DNA of 64,000 bases. It comes from Candidatus Omnitrophota bacterium (GTDB lineage Bacteria; Omnitrophota; Gorgyraeia; Zapsychrales; JANLHA01). The position numbers were made by a program, and so were the translations under genes. Below are positions 9,270 to 19,369 of this stretch, one piece after another. The stretch is taken from NCBI GenBank assembly GCA_022711395.1, contig JAKLFA010000003.1, positions 162,509 through 226,508 of the forward strand. Reading direction: 5' to 3'. Numbering within the stretch: the first letter of the stretch is position 1; each line of letters opens with the position of its first letter. A model generated the notes under the pieces. It had not been told where the DNA came from. It made no database searches and was given only the letters and a program-made list of their open reading frames with translations.

Positions 9270-9761
9270 CTATTCCAGCACCTGAAGAAAACCCGGATGG
9301 GTCAGGATCTCAGGGGGCATATAACTTTTTAGTTTTCTCCGGATCAGGCGGTTCAAGTCATTGCCGGATTGGTCTTTAGACGATCCGAATTGCAAAGACG
9401 CCATATTGATCATGACCATGCTCAACAGCCATTCCTTCTGTTTTTGATCGACCACTTTTTCCTGAAGGACAATATCGGCATAGGTCCTGGCGATCGCTTC
9501 CTGCATGTAGAATTCGATACGGGGATACTCGGCCGACTCGATCTCACGGACCGTCTGCTGCAGCGACTTCGTATCCACATCACGGACCAGTTCTTTAAAG
9601 GCGGCGATCCTCTCCCGCTCTTGGGCCGTCAAAGGCCCGCGAAGATCGACCGCCGCGCTCCTGGACTCCGCCCTCATGGCCGCGCGCCCCTCAGGCACAT
9701 CCTGGGCGTGAGCGAGAGATGCTGTCATCAAAAAACCAAGCAAAAAGATCCGTAACTTCAT
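9270..9761 (-). CDS. Secreted hypothetical protein (about 160 aa) with a signal peptide.
   Basis: MKLRIFLLGFLMTASLAHAQ signal sequence. A GAGGTG RBS lies upstream of the ATG at 9761. No recognised domain. Confidence 0.55.
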   Translation of the reverse strand: MKLRIFLLGFLMTASLAHAQDVPEGRAAMRAESRSAAVDLRGPLTAQERERIAAFKELVRDVDTKSLQQTVREIESAEYPRIEFYMQEAIARTYADIVLQEKVVDQKQKEWLLSMVMINMASLQFGSSKDQSGNDLNRLIRRKLKSYMPPEILTHPGFLQVLE

Positions 9762-9832
9762 TTTGTTCACCTCGTGATTTTGTTTTTTCATAATTAAGAC
9801 CTCCGCCCAAAACGCCGGCTCGGCATCGATAT

Positions 9833-10564
9833 TTACTTTTTATAGACAGTGATGATGATCCCCGGCGGCAGAAAGAACAACAGCCATTCCAGGCACGCGA
9901 CCATCCATGACGGAAAATACTGGTACAAAAAGAACGAATTGTAGCGCCCCGCTTTCCTGAAAAGCGGCAAAGACAGCGTTTTGACAAACCCGCTTTCCCG
10001 GCAGAACCGGTCCATTTGCGCGGGAGCGTATCCTTCAGATTCGATCTCCTTTGTCTTAAAATGGTCCCGGGCATAGATTTCATGCCACACAAAAAACCCT
10101 CCGGGCTTAAGCGCCGAGTGGATCCTCCGCAGGGCCGCGGTAACCTCATCGGCGGATGCGAAATGCAAGAACACGACCAGCGCGGTGATCACGTCATATT
10201 CATTAGAGCTGTTCAAATTCAGGAGGTCCTCATTCTTATAAATGATGGCGGGATTCATTTTTTGAGCGCTCTCGATCCTCAGGCGCGAAAGGTCGATCCC
10301 GTGAATATTGGAAGGATCGTTGATGAGCTCAGCCATGAACCTGGAGTGCCCGCCCGCCCCGCAGCCGACATCCAGGATTTTCAGCTTTGTGATATCGATC
10401 CCGTTCCGGCGGAAATAATTGAAAATTTTATAGAACGCCTTGCGGATCTTTTCATTGGAATAAAAACCGACAGGATTGATCAGGCTGTAACGATTATTGT
10501 AGATATGAACGTCTTTTTCCCGCCCGTCATAACGCTCTTCAACGACTTCCTTATACGATTTCAT
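9833..10564 (-). CDS. Class I SAM-dependent methyltransferase.
   Basis: Motif I (LDVGCGAGGHS) and a downstream acidic motif (IHGIDLS) typical of the Rossmann-fold MTase family. Confidence 0.8.
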   Translation of the reverse strand: MKSYKEVVEERYDGREKDVHIYNNRYSLINPVGFYSNEKIRKAFYKIFNYFRRNGIDITKLKILDVGCGAGGHSRFMAELINDPSNIHGIDLSRLRIESAQKMNPAIIYKNEDLLNLNSSNEYDVITALVVFLHFASADEVTAALRRIHSALKPGGFFVWHEIYARDHFKTKEIESEGYAPAQMDRFCRESGFVKTLSLPLFRKAGRYNSFFLYQYFPSWMVACLEWLLFFLPPGIIITVYKK

Positions 10565-10593
10565 TCCTTGGCCCCTCCTGTTAAAACATGCCC

Positions 10594-11526
10594 TTATGGC
10601 GTGGATGCCGGAAGCGCGGGGATGAACTGCAGCGCACCGATCTTCTGCCCAAGAAGTTCAGAAAAAATTTCAGCCCCGACGTCATTTAAGTGATCCAGGT
10701 CCTTGTATAATTTATGATCGCTGAACTGAGGATAACCGTTCAGATCAAAATCGAAAAACGGCACGGACATCTCTTCCAGATACCGGATAAGGTCTTGGGG
10801 AATGTCATACGCCCCTGTGCTGTAGCGCGGAGAACACACAACAACGACCTTGATTCCGCGCTCTTTCGCCAGTTGAATGAACTGTTTGTAATAATCGACC
10901 AGTAATGGGTCCCGCTCACCGGCCTCTTTCCTGTCCGGCTCCTCCAGGGGGACCGGCCGCATGACCGAACGCTGCGGAAAATACCCGTTGCTGGCGCCGG
11001 GCCTGTTTTTCCAGATGTTGAACATCATGACCGAATGGAGCTTGGAATTATACGGATAGAGCCGGGAAAAGAAAAACAGCGGTTCCAGCCGGCTCCTTTT
11101 TTTCAGCAGCTCCCAAACGGACGGGCTGCTCCGGAACGGATAGAGCGGATACAGCTTGGAATACGGATCTTCGGATTTATTGATCGTCTGCACGGAAAAA
11201 TCATAAATGATCAGAGACGGCGTGTAGTGTTCCAGGACGAGCCGAAGGAGCGCGTAATCATAAAGACTGCTGGAGCCCTTGAACCCGGCATTGAAAGCTT
11301 CGCCCCCTAAGCTCTTCCCCAAAACATCCGGCACGTATTGGCCTTCCGCCCGGGATGATCCGAACACAAGGATCGGCGCCTTTTTTTCCAACAGCCCGTT
11401 GATCTGGCCTCCGGTGTCCCCGTCCCGGGTCTTGAAAAAATAATGGTCCGCCAGGCGCCCGAGAGAGCGGTCAAGCGCGAACATGATCAGAAACAAAATT
11501 ATGATTTTAAAAAGAAATTTCTTCAT
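10594..11526 (-). CDS. DltD-like / SGNH-type accessory protein, partner of the MBOAT O-acyltransferase.
   Basis: N-terminal signal anchor and a GSS block (VFGSSRAEG) resembling the DltD GSSE motif. Sits 5 bp downstream of the MBOAT gene, as in dltBD- and algIJ-type loci. Confidence 0.55.
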   Translation of the reverse strand: MKKFLFKIIILFLIMFALDRSLGRLADHYFFKTRDGDTGGQINGLLEKKAPILVFGSSRAEGQYVPDVLGKSLGGEAFNAGFKGSSSLYDYALLRLVLEHYTPSLIIYDFSVQTINKSEDPYSKLYPLYPFRSSPSVWELLKKRSRLEPLFFFSRLYPYNSKLHSVMMFNIWKNRPGASNGYFPQRSVMRPVPLEEPDRKEAGERDPLLVDYYKQFIQLAKERGIKVVVVCSPRYSTGAYDIPQDLIRYLEEMSVPFFDFDLNGYPQFSDHKLYKDLDHLNDVGAEIFSELLGQKIGALQFIPALPASTP

Positions 11527-11531
11527 CAGCT

Positions 11532-12965
11532 TTAAAATTGAAAGTAAATAAACTGGGACGCGTGATCAAATACGCCGACTGTCAGGATCGAGAGGGCCAT
11601 AAGGACGTAAAAGCCCCATCGGACCACAAGTTTCTGCCGGCCCAAAAATTGATCAACATCCTGTCCGCGCGACCAGAAATCAAACCCAACCAAGAACACG
11701 ATCCCCATCACACCATACATAATATCCCGGAACCCGCCCAGAAAAAGCGGACCCGGATCAGAGAAGATCTTCTTTAAGATCAAAATGGCGTCCGAAAGGT
11801 TCGCCGCTCGAAAGAACACCCATCCCAGACACACGAGAAAGAACGTGAAGACCGTCCTGATGAACGCGTGAAAGCGGGGATGCCTGGCCAGTCCGCTAGC
11901 CGCCGCGACCCGTTCACGGAGCGGTTGCGTGAGGACCGAGCATGTGAAATAAAATCCGTGCAAAGCTCCCCACGCGACATACGTCCAGTTGGCCCCGTGC
12001 CAGAGCCCGCTGATCAGAAAGGTCAGGAACAGATTGATATGCCAGCGCGCGGCCGGAACCCGGCTGCCTCCCAGAGGAATATAAACGTAGTCCCTGAACC
12101 ACGTTGAAAGCGAGATGTGCCACCGTTTCCAAAACTCGGCGACGCTCTTGGAAAAATACGGCCGGTTGAAATTGCGCATCAGATCGAATCCCATCACCTT
12201 GGCCGATCCAATGGCGATGTCCGAATACCCGGAAAAATCACAATAGATCTGGAACGCGAAAAAAACCGTTGCCAGCAGCAGCGTCACTCCATTATGCTGC
12301 GAAACGTTCCCGTAAACGGCCTCAACATAAAACAGCAGCCGGTCGGCGACCACGACTTTCTTGAAAAATCCCCACAGCATCAATTTCAGCCCGTCGCGGA
12401 CCCGCTCATAACTAAAGTCGTATTTTCCATAAAATTGCGGAAGCAGGTTCTGCGGCCTCTCGATCGGGCCGGCGACCAGCTGGGGAAAGAACGAAACATA
12501 AAGCGCGAAGATCCCCAGATGCCGCTCTGGCTTCATGTCGCCCCGGTAAACATCGATCGAATAGCTCAGCGTCTGAAACGTGTAAAACGATATCCCGACC
12601 GGCAGCAGGGCCTTGAAGGCCGGCGCGTTATAAAAAATGTTGAACTGCGCGAGCGCCGCCCTCGCCGAATCGCTGAAAAAATTGAAATATTTGAACAAAA
12701 ATAATAACCCGAGGTTGACGACCAGGCTGATCAGCAGATATTTTTTACGCCCGGCCTTCGTGGGCTCCTTCGCCATCAACAGGCCCATCACATAATCGAT
12801 CAGCGTGGAAAAGATCAGAAGCAGGACATACTCCGCCTTCCAGCACATATAAAAATAATAACTGGCGCACAAAAGAAGGACCCACCGGAATCGATACGGG
12901 CACAAAAAATACAAAAGAACGACGATCGGAAAAAAAATGATGAATTGTGGTGAATTGAATAACAT
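11532..12965 (-). CDS. MBOAT-family membrane O-acyltransferase (DltB/AlgI-like).
   Basis: 477-aa polytopic protein with the MBOAT conserved His region (ISGLWHGANWTYVAWGALHG). Confidence 0.85.
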   Translation of the reverse strand: MLFNSPQFIIFFPIVVLLYFLCPYRFRWVLLLCASYYFYMCWKAEYVLLLIFSTLIDYVMGLLMAKEPTKAGRKKYLLISLVVNLGLLFLFKYFNFFSDSARAALAQFNIFYNAPAFKALLPVGISFYTFQTLSYSIDVYRGDMKPERHLGIFALYVSFFPQLVAGPIERPQNLLPQFYGKYDFSYERVRDGLKLMLWGFFKKVVVADRLLFYVEAVYGNVSQHNGVTLLLATVFFAFQIYCDFSGYSDIAIGSAKVMGFDLMRNFNRPYFSKSVAEFWKRWHISLSTWFRDYVYIPLGGSRVPAARWHINLFLTFLISGLWHGANWTYVAWGALHGFYFTCSVLTQPLRERVAAASGLARHPRFHAFIRTVFTFFLVCLGWVFFRAANLSDAILILKKIFSDPGPLFLGGFRDIMYGVMGIVFLVGFDFWSRGQDVDQFLGRQKLVVRWGFYVLMALSILTVGVFDHASQFIYFQF

Positions 12966-13000
12966 ATGAATTCAAAACGGCTTCGGCGGTTCTCCCCTGC

Positions 13001-14095
13001 TTAACCCTTATTGGAACGGTTTTTCATTTTTTCGACAATGCCTGCTTTATAGCAGCTATAACAGAATTCGGGCAGCTCATTCGACCGGATCTGTTCGCGC
13101 AGCCGCTGATATCCCCTGGAATACCATATCGTGCGGAAGTCTTCCTGATCGAGGTTCCCGAAATTACAGATATCGGCGTTCGCCACCCGGCAGCACGGGA
13201 TAACATAGCCCCGGGTATCAATGTAGCTCCCAAGCCAGGGCCAGGGGCAGGGATTTTTTTCATCATAAAGGTCGTTGGATATTTTCAGGTCGATCCCGTT
13301 CTCCCGCGCGATATCCCGGATCTCGCCCATAAAAGACTCCGTTTGGGCGACCCGGCGTTTTGTCGTCTCGGGATCGAACGTGTTTTGGCCGTAATTGACA
13401 ACGATCAGCTGCAAAAAGAAATCCTTCACGCCGATCTTTTTCGCCAACTCAAGCGTCGGCTTGATCTGGTCTTTATGCTCCTCAAAGGCGACCATCGACA
13501 GAATGACCTTGGATTTCAGCGGCTCCGTCTTCGCCACGCGCTCGATATTCTCCGTGACCTTCTCGAAATTGGCTCCGACCCGTATTTTCTCAAAAACTTC
13601 TTTTGTGGCGCCGTCAAAACTGAAATTAACGCTCAACTGGGGGTTCTGCGTCAATATGTCACGGATCTCCTCGGTCATGACCGTGCCGTTTGAAACGATC
13701 TCAATATAGACATCTTGACCGGCGAGCTCTTTGATGATGGCAGGCAGTTCTTTGTTCAGGAACGGTTCTCCCATCCCCTGCAGTTTGATCCGGCTCGCTT
13801 CTGAAAAATGCTTGATGTATTTCCTGAAATTCGCCAGGCTCAAGGACTCTTTGGGCTTGCTCCAATGCGTGACCTGGCAATGGCCGCAGCGCAGATTACA
13901 AAAATTGGTGGGTTCTATATCGACCGCGATCGGCCTGCCCCAGGGCCGGACCAGTTTCAGCTTATATGACAGGATGGTCAGGATCGAGTTGAGCGCCTTG
14001 CGCGGATGGCGCAAACTGATGCCGATCAGGCGCCGTTCTTCCAGCAAGCGTTTAAAAATTTTCATAAAACTTCCGTGGGTTTCAGCTGCAGGCAT
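13001..14095 (-). CDS. Radical SAM protein with a C-terminal SPASM-type auxiliary Fe-S cluster domain.
   Basis: CNLRCGHC (CxxxCxxC) radical-SAM motif. The C-terminal Cys-rich segment (CPWPW...CCRVANADICNFGN...CYSCY) is typical of SPASM/twitch domains. An alternative start at ATG 14065 is possible. Confidence 0.8.
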   Translation of the reverse strand: MPAAETHGSFMKIFKRLLEERRLIGISLRHPRKALNSILTILSYKLKLVRPWGRPIAVDIEPTNFCNLRCGHCQVTHWSKPKESLSLANFRKYIKHFSEASRIKLQGMGEPFLNKELPAIIKELAGQDVYIEIVSNGTVMTEEIRDILTQNPQLSVNFSFDGATKEVFEKIRVGANFEKVTENIERVAKTEPLKSKVILSMVAFEEHKDQIKPTLELAKKIGVKDFFLQLIVVNYGQNTFDPETTKRRVAQTESFMGEIRDIARENGIDLKISNDLYDEKNPCPWPWLGSYIDTRGYVIPCCRVANADICNFGNLDQEDFRTIWYSRGYQRLREQIRSNELPEFCYSCYKAGIVEKMKNRSNKG

Positions 14096-14131
14096 CCATG
14101 GACCATGGCTGAATTCGCTGAATGCCTGGAT

Positions 14132-15277
14132 TTATATTTTCGCCTGAAGCGCTTTTAACGCCTCAGACATCTTGAACGCGCTTTCCTTCAAGCCGTACTG
14201 ATGGCGGACCTTCAAAACATTGCCGCGCCAGGAAGAGATCCTGTCTTTGTCCGCAAGCACGGCCTTGATCCGGCCGGCCACATCATCAATGTTTAACGAT
14301 GACGCGGTCCCGATCTGGTTCTGCTCAACAAAATCCCTCAGGCCGCCGCAGTCATCCAGGGCGAAGATCGGCAGTCCGGCGTTCAAATAATGATACACCT
14401 TGGAAACAAAGGAGATCTCTCCCTTCACGCTGGCCAAGGCCATATCATACTGCGTCAGGACCCGCATCAGTTCATTAAAAGACAGATATCCTTTAAACCG
14501 TATCTGGGGCCCCAGATACGGCGTCAGCCGGAGCGTCGGATAATATCCCCTGGGGCCGTAAAAGTCCACTTCGATCTGTTTTCCGAAAGCGGGGTCCTGC
14601 TTGATCAGCCGCTGACAGGCGCGGGCGAAGATCTCAGGCTGCGTGCGGAAATTCAAGGACCCCGCGTAGGCGATCCTCACCGGCAGGCCGGCCTTCTTCT
14701 GCTCTGGGATGTCCAGAAGGTCCGTGATCCCATTGGGCATCGGCAGGACCGTTTCGATCCCGTAAAAAGCGCTCGTGTTCTTTTGTATCTGTTCTGTGGC
14801 GCCGAAGACAAGGTCCGCCCTTTTAACAATGACCGGGTCGATATCGCAGGTGTCATCCACCAGATGCAGCACGAGCGGGCACCCGTGTTTTTCCGCTAAT
14901 TGATAGGCCAAAACGGCGTTATCGATCGCCGGAACAACGGCATAGACGATCCCTTTTTTGTCAAATTGAGCCTGATCGACCGCCTCCTGTATCCAGGACC
15001 GCCTCAGATTATTACGGATATTGAGGGTCTTTTTAAGATCATACATCAACCAACCCTGATCGCTTTTAAAACGCTGAATATTGATGGATCCGGGAAGGAC
15101 GTTCAAGAGCGCGGGGTCTTGCTGGAAATTTAGAACAACACTGCGGTAATTCTCGCCGGTGACAACATCGATATCCCAGCCCATTTCAGAGAGATACTTC
15201 ACAAGATACGTCCGATTGACCCCGTCCGCGCGGCCTAGAGGAGCAAAATAGTATGAGACCAGATATAATTTACACAT
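14132..15277 (-). CDS. Glycosyltransferase family 4 (GT-B fold, RfaG-like).
   Basis: N-terminal YYFAP...GG motif, a C-terminal donor-binding region with the EX7E-like pattern, and length of 381 aa. First gene of the minus-strand glycan-modification operon. Confidence 0.8.
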   Translation of the reverse strand: MCKLYLVSYYFAPLGRADGVNRTYLVKYLSEMGWDIDVVTGENYRSVVLNFQQDPALLNVLPGSINIQRFKSDQGWLMYDLKKTLNIRNNLRRSWIQEAVDQAQFDKKGIVYAVVPAIDNAVLAYQLAEKHGCPLVLHLVDDTCDIDPVIVKRADLVFGATEQIQKNTSAFYGIETVLPMPNGITDLLDIPEQKKAGLPVRIAYAGSLNFRTQPEIFARACQRLIKQDPAFGKQIEVDFYGPRGYYPTLRLTPYLGPQIRFKGYLSFNELMRVLTQYDMALASVKGEISFVSKVYHYLNAGLPIFALDDCGGLRDFVEQNQIGTASSLNIDDVAGRIKAVLADKDRISSWRGNVLKVRHQYGLKESAFKMSEALKALQAKI

Positions 15278-15404
15278 TTATATGTCCGTTGGGAGAGTGC
15301 CCAGCTTATAAAAAGTATAAATAGAATGACCTATTGTAATCATACATAAATAGAAAAATCAACTAGTTTCGAGGCACGATGCAAAGAATTCCCCACGTGT
15401 TAAT

Positions 15405-15436
15405 TTAAAAGGGCATCTCTAGAAGATGCCCTTTTA
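15405..15436. terminator. Bidirectional rho-independent terminator (AAAA-GGGCATCT-ctaga-AGATGCCC-TTTT).
   Basis: Perfect 8-bp stem flanked by an A-run and a T-run. Lies between the convergent-facing phoU 3' end and the GT4 operon promoter region. Confidence 0.65.
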
Positions 15437-15466
15437 TGCCTTAAAGAACATTCGCTGTCCGGACTT

Positions 15467-16141
15467 TTACTTGTCCTGCAGCCGTTCAGGATGGTGTTTG
15501 ACGACCTTGGCCTGGATCATATAGATCACATCTTCTGCGATATTGGTCGTGTGATCGCAGATCCGTTCAAGAAAACGGGCGATGAGCAACAACTGCACGG
15601 CCCGCGGAGCCGTAGAGCCGTCCTTGACCATGTAATCCTCGATCAGCTCCTTTTGAATAATATTCCTCAACTGGTCCGCCTCAGAGTCCGACATCAGGAC
15701 CTGGCGGGCCAGATCCATATCGTTATTGACGAACGCGTCAATGGCGCCCTTGATCATCTTTTGCGCGACCTGCGCGAGCTTGGGGATGTCGATCAGCGGC
15801 TTTAACAGCGGTTTATCAACGATCTCCAGGGTGCGCTGGGCAATATCCACAGCGATATCCGCAATGCGTTCAAGCTCATTGTTGATCTTCATCCCCGTCG
15901 TGATAAAACGAAGGTCTTTGGCCATCGGCTGATAACGCGCGATCAGGTCAATGCATTTTTCATCAATGATCAATTCAAGCTGATCGATCATCGTGTCCTG
16001 ATCAATGACTGCCTGGGCCAGTTCTCGGTCCCGGGCCTTGAGCGCCTCAACGGATTTATAGATCGCCTCCTCAGCGAAGGCCCCCATCCTGAGAATATCA
16101 TTGTTCAGATCGTTCAGTTCATGATCAAAATGACGTTCCAT
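15467..16141 (-). CDS. phoU: Phosphate signalling complex protein PhoU.
   Basis: Two PhoU repeats, each with the conserved E/DxxxD motif; 224 aa. Last gene of the pst operon. Confidence 0.9.
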   Translation of the reverse strand: MERHFDHELNDLNNDILRMGAFAEEAIYKSVEALKARDRELAQAVIDQDTMIDQLELIIDEKCIDLIARYQPMAKDLRFITTGMKINNELERIADIAVDIAQRTLEIVDKPLLKPLIDIPKLAQVAQKMIKGAIDAFVNNDMDLARQVLMSDSEADQLRNIIQKELIEDYMVKDGSTAPRAVQLLLIARFLERICDHTTNIAEDVIYMIQAKVVKHHPERLQDK

Positions 16142-16156
16142 TGCACCCTCCGATTC

Positions 16157-16909
16157 TTAACCGTAACGCCCGGTTATATATTCCTCTGTGCGCCGGTCCT
16201 TCGGCGCGGTGAAAATCTCACTGGTCTTACCGAATTCGATCAGTTCACCCAAAAGCATAAACCCGGTGTCATCCGAAACCCGCGCCGCCTGCTGCATGTT
16301 GTGCGTCACGATGATGATCGAATAATTGCTCTTAAGCTCCCGCATCAACTCCTCTATGCGCGCCGTGGCCTGAGGGTCGAGCGTCGAACAGGGCTCGTCC
16401 ATCAGGAGCACCTCAGGCTGGACAGCGATCAGCCGCGCGATGCACAGCCTTTGTTTTTGCTCAAGGGACAGCAGCAAAGCCGAGGAATTCAATTTATCCT
16501 TCAATTCGTCCCACAGCAGAACGCTTTTCAAACTTTTCTCAACAATGATATCCAGCTGCTCCCTTTTCGTTTCGCCGTGGATCTTTTTCCCAAAAACGAT
16601 ATTCTCATAGATCGACAGCGGAAAAGGGTTGGGCCGCTGAAAAACCATGCCGACCTTTTTGCGCAAGGTCACCAGGTCCGTCCGGCCGTTCAGGATATCC
16701 TCTCCATCAATGAGGACTTCCCCGTCCGTGCGCACTCCATCGACAAAATCGTTCATCCGGTTAAAGACCCTCAGAAGGGTCGATTTGCCGCACCCGGAAG
16801 GCCCGATGATGGCCGTGATCCGCTTATCCTCAAATGACGCGTGAACATCTTTGAGGGCGTGAAACTGACTATACCACAAATTCAATTTTTTCGTTACGAT
16901 CTTTGACAT
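16157..16909 (-). CDS. pstB: Phosphate ABC transporter ATP-binding protein PstB (copy 2).
   Basis: Walker A (GPSGCGKST), ABC signature (LSLEQKQRL) and Walker B. The PstB-specific C-terminus is present. Confidence 0.9.
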   Translation of the reverse strand: MSKIVTKKLNLWYSQFHALKDVHASFEDKRITAIIGPSGCGKSTLLRVFNRMNDFVDGVRTDGEVLIDGEDILNGRTDLVTLRKKVGMVFQRPNPFPLSIYENIVFGKKIHGETKREQLDIIVEKSLKSVLLWDELKDKLNSSALLLSLEQKQRLCIARLIAVQPEVLLMDEPCSTLDPQATARIEELMRELKSNYSIIIVTHNMQQAARVSDDTGFMLLGELIEFGKTSEIFTAPKDRRTEEYITGRYG

Positions 16910-17661
16910 TATCCGAACTTCCCCAGAATATAATCCTCCGTGCGTTTATCATGCGGAGCGGTAAAAATTTTCTCTGTCTGATCAAGCTCGATCAATTCGC
17001 CGTTTAAAAAGAACGCGGTCCTGTCCCCCACCCGGGCGGCCTGCTTGACGTTGTTGGTGACCAAGACGATCGTGTAGCGGCTCTTAAGCTTAAGCATCGC
17101 GTCTTCGACCTTGGCGGTTGAGATCGGGTCAAGGCCGGAACACGGCTCATCGAACAGGATCACCTCCGGCTCAACGGCCAGAGTCCTGGCGATGCACAGC
17201 CGCTGCTGCTGGCCGCCGGACAATTTGAACGCGGATTCCTGAAGCCGGTCTTTCACTTCCTCCCAAAGGTAAGCCTCCTCAAGCGCCGCCTGGACCCTTC
17301 CTTCGAGTTTCTTTTTGTTCTTCTCACCGTGCATCCGCACCCCATACGCCACATTATCATAGATCGACAGCGGCAGCGATAACGGCAGAGCGAACACCAT
17401 CCCGACCCTTTTTCGCAAAGCTTCAACATCAAGCCTTAAAAGATCGACTCCGTCGATCCGGATCTCTCCCTCCACCCGGAAACTCAGGTTCAGCGCGTTC
17501 AGCCGGTTCAGCATCCTTAAAAAAGTCGTCTTGCCGCTGTTGGAAGGCCCGATGATGCTCAAGATCTCATTGGGCGCAATCGCCAGCGTCACCTTCTTTA
17601 ACGCCTGAAGATGCCCGAACCAGACACTCAAATCCTTTATATCAAATTTTGGATCTACCAT
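16909..17661 (-). CDS. pstB: Phosphate ABC transporter ATP-binding protein PstB (copy 1).
   Basis: Walker A (GPSNSGKTT), signature (LSGGQQQRL) and Walker B. Overlaps the downstream pstB by 1 nt. Confidence 0.9.
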   Translation of the reverse strand: MVDPKFDIKDLSVWFGHLQALKKVTLAIAPNEILSIIGPSNSGKTTFLRMLNRLNALNLSFRVEGEIRIDGVDLLRLDVEALRKRVGMVFALPLSLPLSIYDNVAYGVRMHGEKNKKKLEGRVQAALEEAYLWEEVKDRLQESAFKLSGGQQQRLCIARTLAVEPEVILFDEPCSGLDPISTAKVEDAMLKLKSRYTIVLVTNNVKQAARVGDRTAFFLNGELIELDQTEKIFTAPHDKRTEDYILGKFG

Positions 17662-18503
17662 TTCTTCTTTTTCCTGAACTTCGAACGGATGACGATCGCG
17701 ACAAGGTTCATCGACAAGACCAAAGCCAGTAGAACAAAAGCCGTCCCATAGCGGACCTTTTCATCCACATTGGGGACCTGGGTCGAGATGACATACAGAT
17801 GATAAGGCAAGGCCATGGCCTGATCAAAGATCGAAGCCGGCAACTGCGGCAGATAGAACGCGGCGACGGTAAAAAGGATCGGCGCCGTCTCTCCGGCCGC
17901 CCGCCCAAGCCCCAAGATGGTCCCGGTCAAGATCCCGGGGACAGCGTTGGGCAGAACGATATTCCGGATCGTCTGCCACTTGCTGACTCCCAGCGATAAA
18001 CTCACTTCCCGGAAAGACGCCGGAACACTTTCCAGCGCCTCGACCGAGGTCGTAATGATAACGGGCAGGATCATGATCCCCAGCGTCAAGGACCCGGAAA
18101 GGATCGAAGCCCCGAACTTGAAAAATACAACAAAAAGCGCGAACCCGAACAATCCGTAGACAACCGACGGAACGCCCGCGAGGTTGACGATCGCCAGCTT
18201 GATGATCCGCGTCAACAGGTTGTCTTTGGCATACTCCGTCAAATACACCGCGGCCAAAAGGCCGATCGGCAGGGCGAACAGGATCGCGCCGCTGACCAAA
18301 TAGAACGTTCCCACGATGGCCGGGAATATCCCTCCCGCGCGCATCCCCTGCTGCGGAACCTCGGATAAAAACTGCCAGTTGATCGCCGGCAGCCCTTTCT
18401 GAATGATAATAACGACGATCAACCCGACCGGAACCACGATCAGGAGCGTCGATAAAAGCAGGAAGAAGAACGCGATCTTTTGCGTGCGGTAAGGATTTCT
18501 CAT
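17655..18503 (-). CDS. pstA: Phosphate ABC transporter permease PstA.
   Basis: Six-TM permease with the EAA-like loop. Its position after pstC and 4-nt and 7-nt overlaps with the neighbouring genes support the call. Confidence 0.9.
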   Translation of the reverse strand: MRNPYRTQKIAFFFLLLSTLLIVVPVGLIVVIIIQKGLPAINWQFLSEVPQQGMRAGGIFPAIVGTFYLVSGAILFALPIGLLAAVYLTEYAKDNLLTRIIKLAIVNLAGVPSVVYGLFGFALFVVFFKFGASILSGSLTLGIMILPVIITTSVEALESVPASFREVSLSLGVSKWQTIRNIVLPNAVPGILTGTILGLGRAAGETAPILFTVAAFYLPQLPASIFDQAMALPYHLYVISTQVPNVDEKVRYGTAFVLLALVLSMNLVAIVIRSKFRKKKKW

Positions 18504-19366
18504 CTCTGCCTCTTATGTAAAAACAGGTCCGCGGTCACGTTGATCATAAAACTGATCATAAACAGCACGATCCCGATTGCAAAAAGCGCGAAATAGTGTT
18601 CGCCGCCCACCACCGCCTCGCCCATCTCAGCCGCGACCGTCGCTGTTAACGTCCGCACCGGAACTAAAATTGTTTTCGGAATGACCGCGGCATTCCCGGT
18701 GATCATCATGACCGCCATGGTCTCGCCGATCACGCGGCCGATCCCCAGCATCACGGCAGCCAGAATCCCGCTGGATGAGGCCGGCAGCATGACGCGCCAG
18801 ATGGTCTGCCACTGCGTCGCGCCCAAGGCGAACGCGCCTTCTTTGTAATTTTTTGGGACTGAATACAGCGCGTCTTCCGCGACCGAAACGATCGTCGGCA
18901 TAGCCATGAACGCCAGCATGATCGACCCTGAAAGCGCCGTTAATCCCGTCGGTAAATTGAAAACGTTTTTGACCAGCGGAACAAGCGTCACCATGCCGAC
19001 AAATCCCAAAACAACACTGGGGATCGCGGCCAGCAATTCCACGCCCGCCTTGAGGACCTCTTTGGCCCACGCGGGAGCGATCTCAGCGATGTAAATGGCG
19101 CTTCCGACCCCGATAGGGATCGAGATGATCGCGGCGCCGATCGTGACCAGGATCGAGCCGAGGATCAACGGAAGGATGCCCAACTGAGGCGGTTCGGAAA
19201 TGGGATACCACTTGTGTCCTGCCAGAAAATCCGAAAGGCTGACCGTTTTAAATACGGCAAGCCCTTCTTTCATCAAAAAAAGGAAGATCAGCGCGACAAA
19301 AAATATCGACGCCACCCCGCAGGTGAGGATCAATTTTTCAACAATGAATTCTTTTGCTTTTCTCAT
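18500..19366 (-). CDS. pstC: Phosphate ABC transporter permease PstC.
   Basis: Permease with conserved PstC motifs, placed directly after pstS. Confidence 0.9.
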   Translation of the reverse strand: MRKAKEFIVEKLILTCGVASIFFVALIFLFLMKEGLAVFKTVSLSDFLAGHKWYPISEPPQLGILPLILGSILVTIGAAIISIPIGVGSAIYIAEIAPAWAKEVLKAGVELLAAIPSVVLGFVGMVTLVPLVKNVFNLPTGLTALSGSIMLAFMAMPTIVSVAEDALYSVPKNYKEGAFALGATQWQTIWRVMLPASSSGILAAVMLGIGRVIGETMAVMMITGNAAVIPKTILVPVRTLTATVAAEMGEAVVGGEHYFALFAIGIVLFMISFMINVTADLFLHKRQR

Positions 19367-19369
19367 ACA

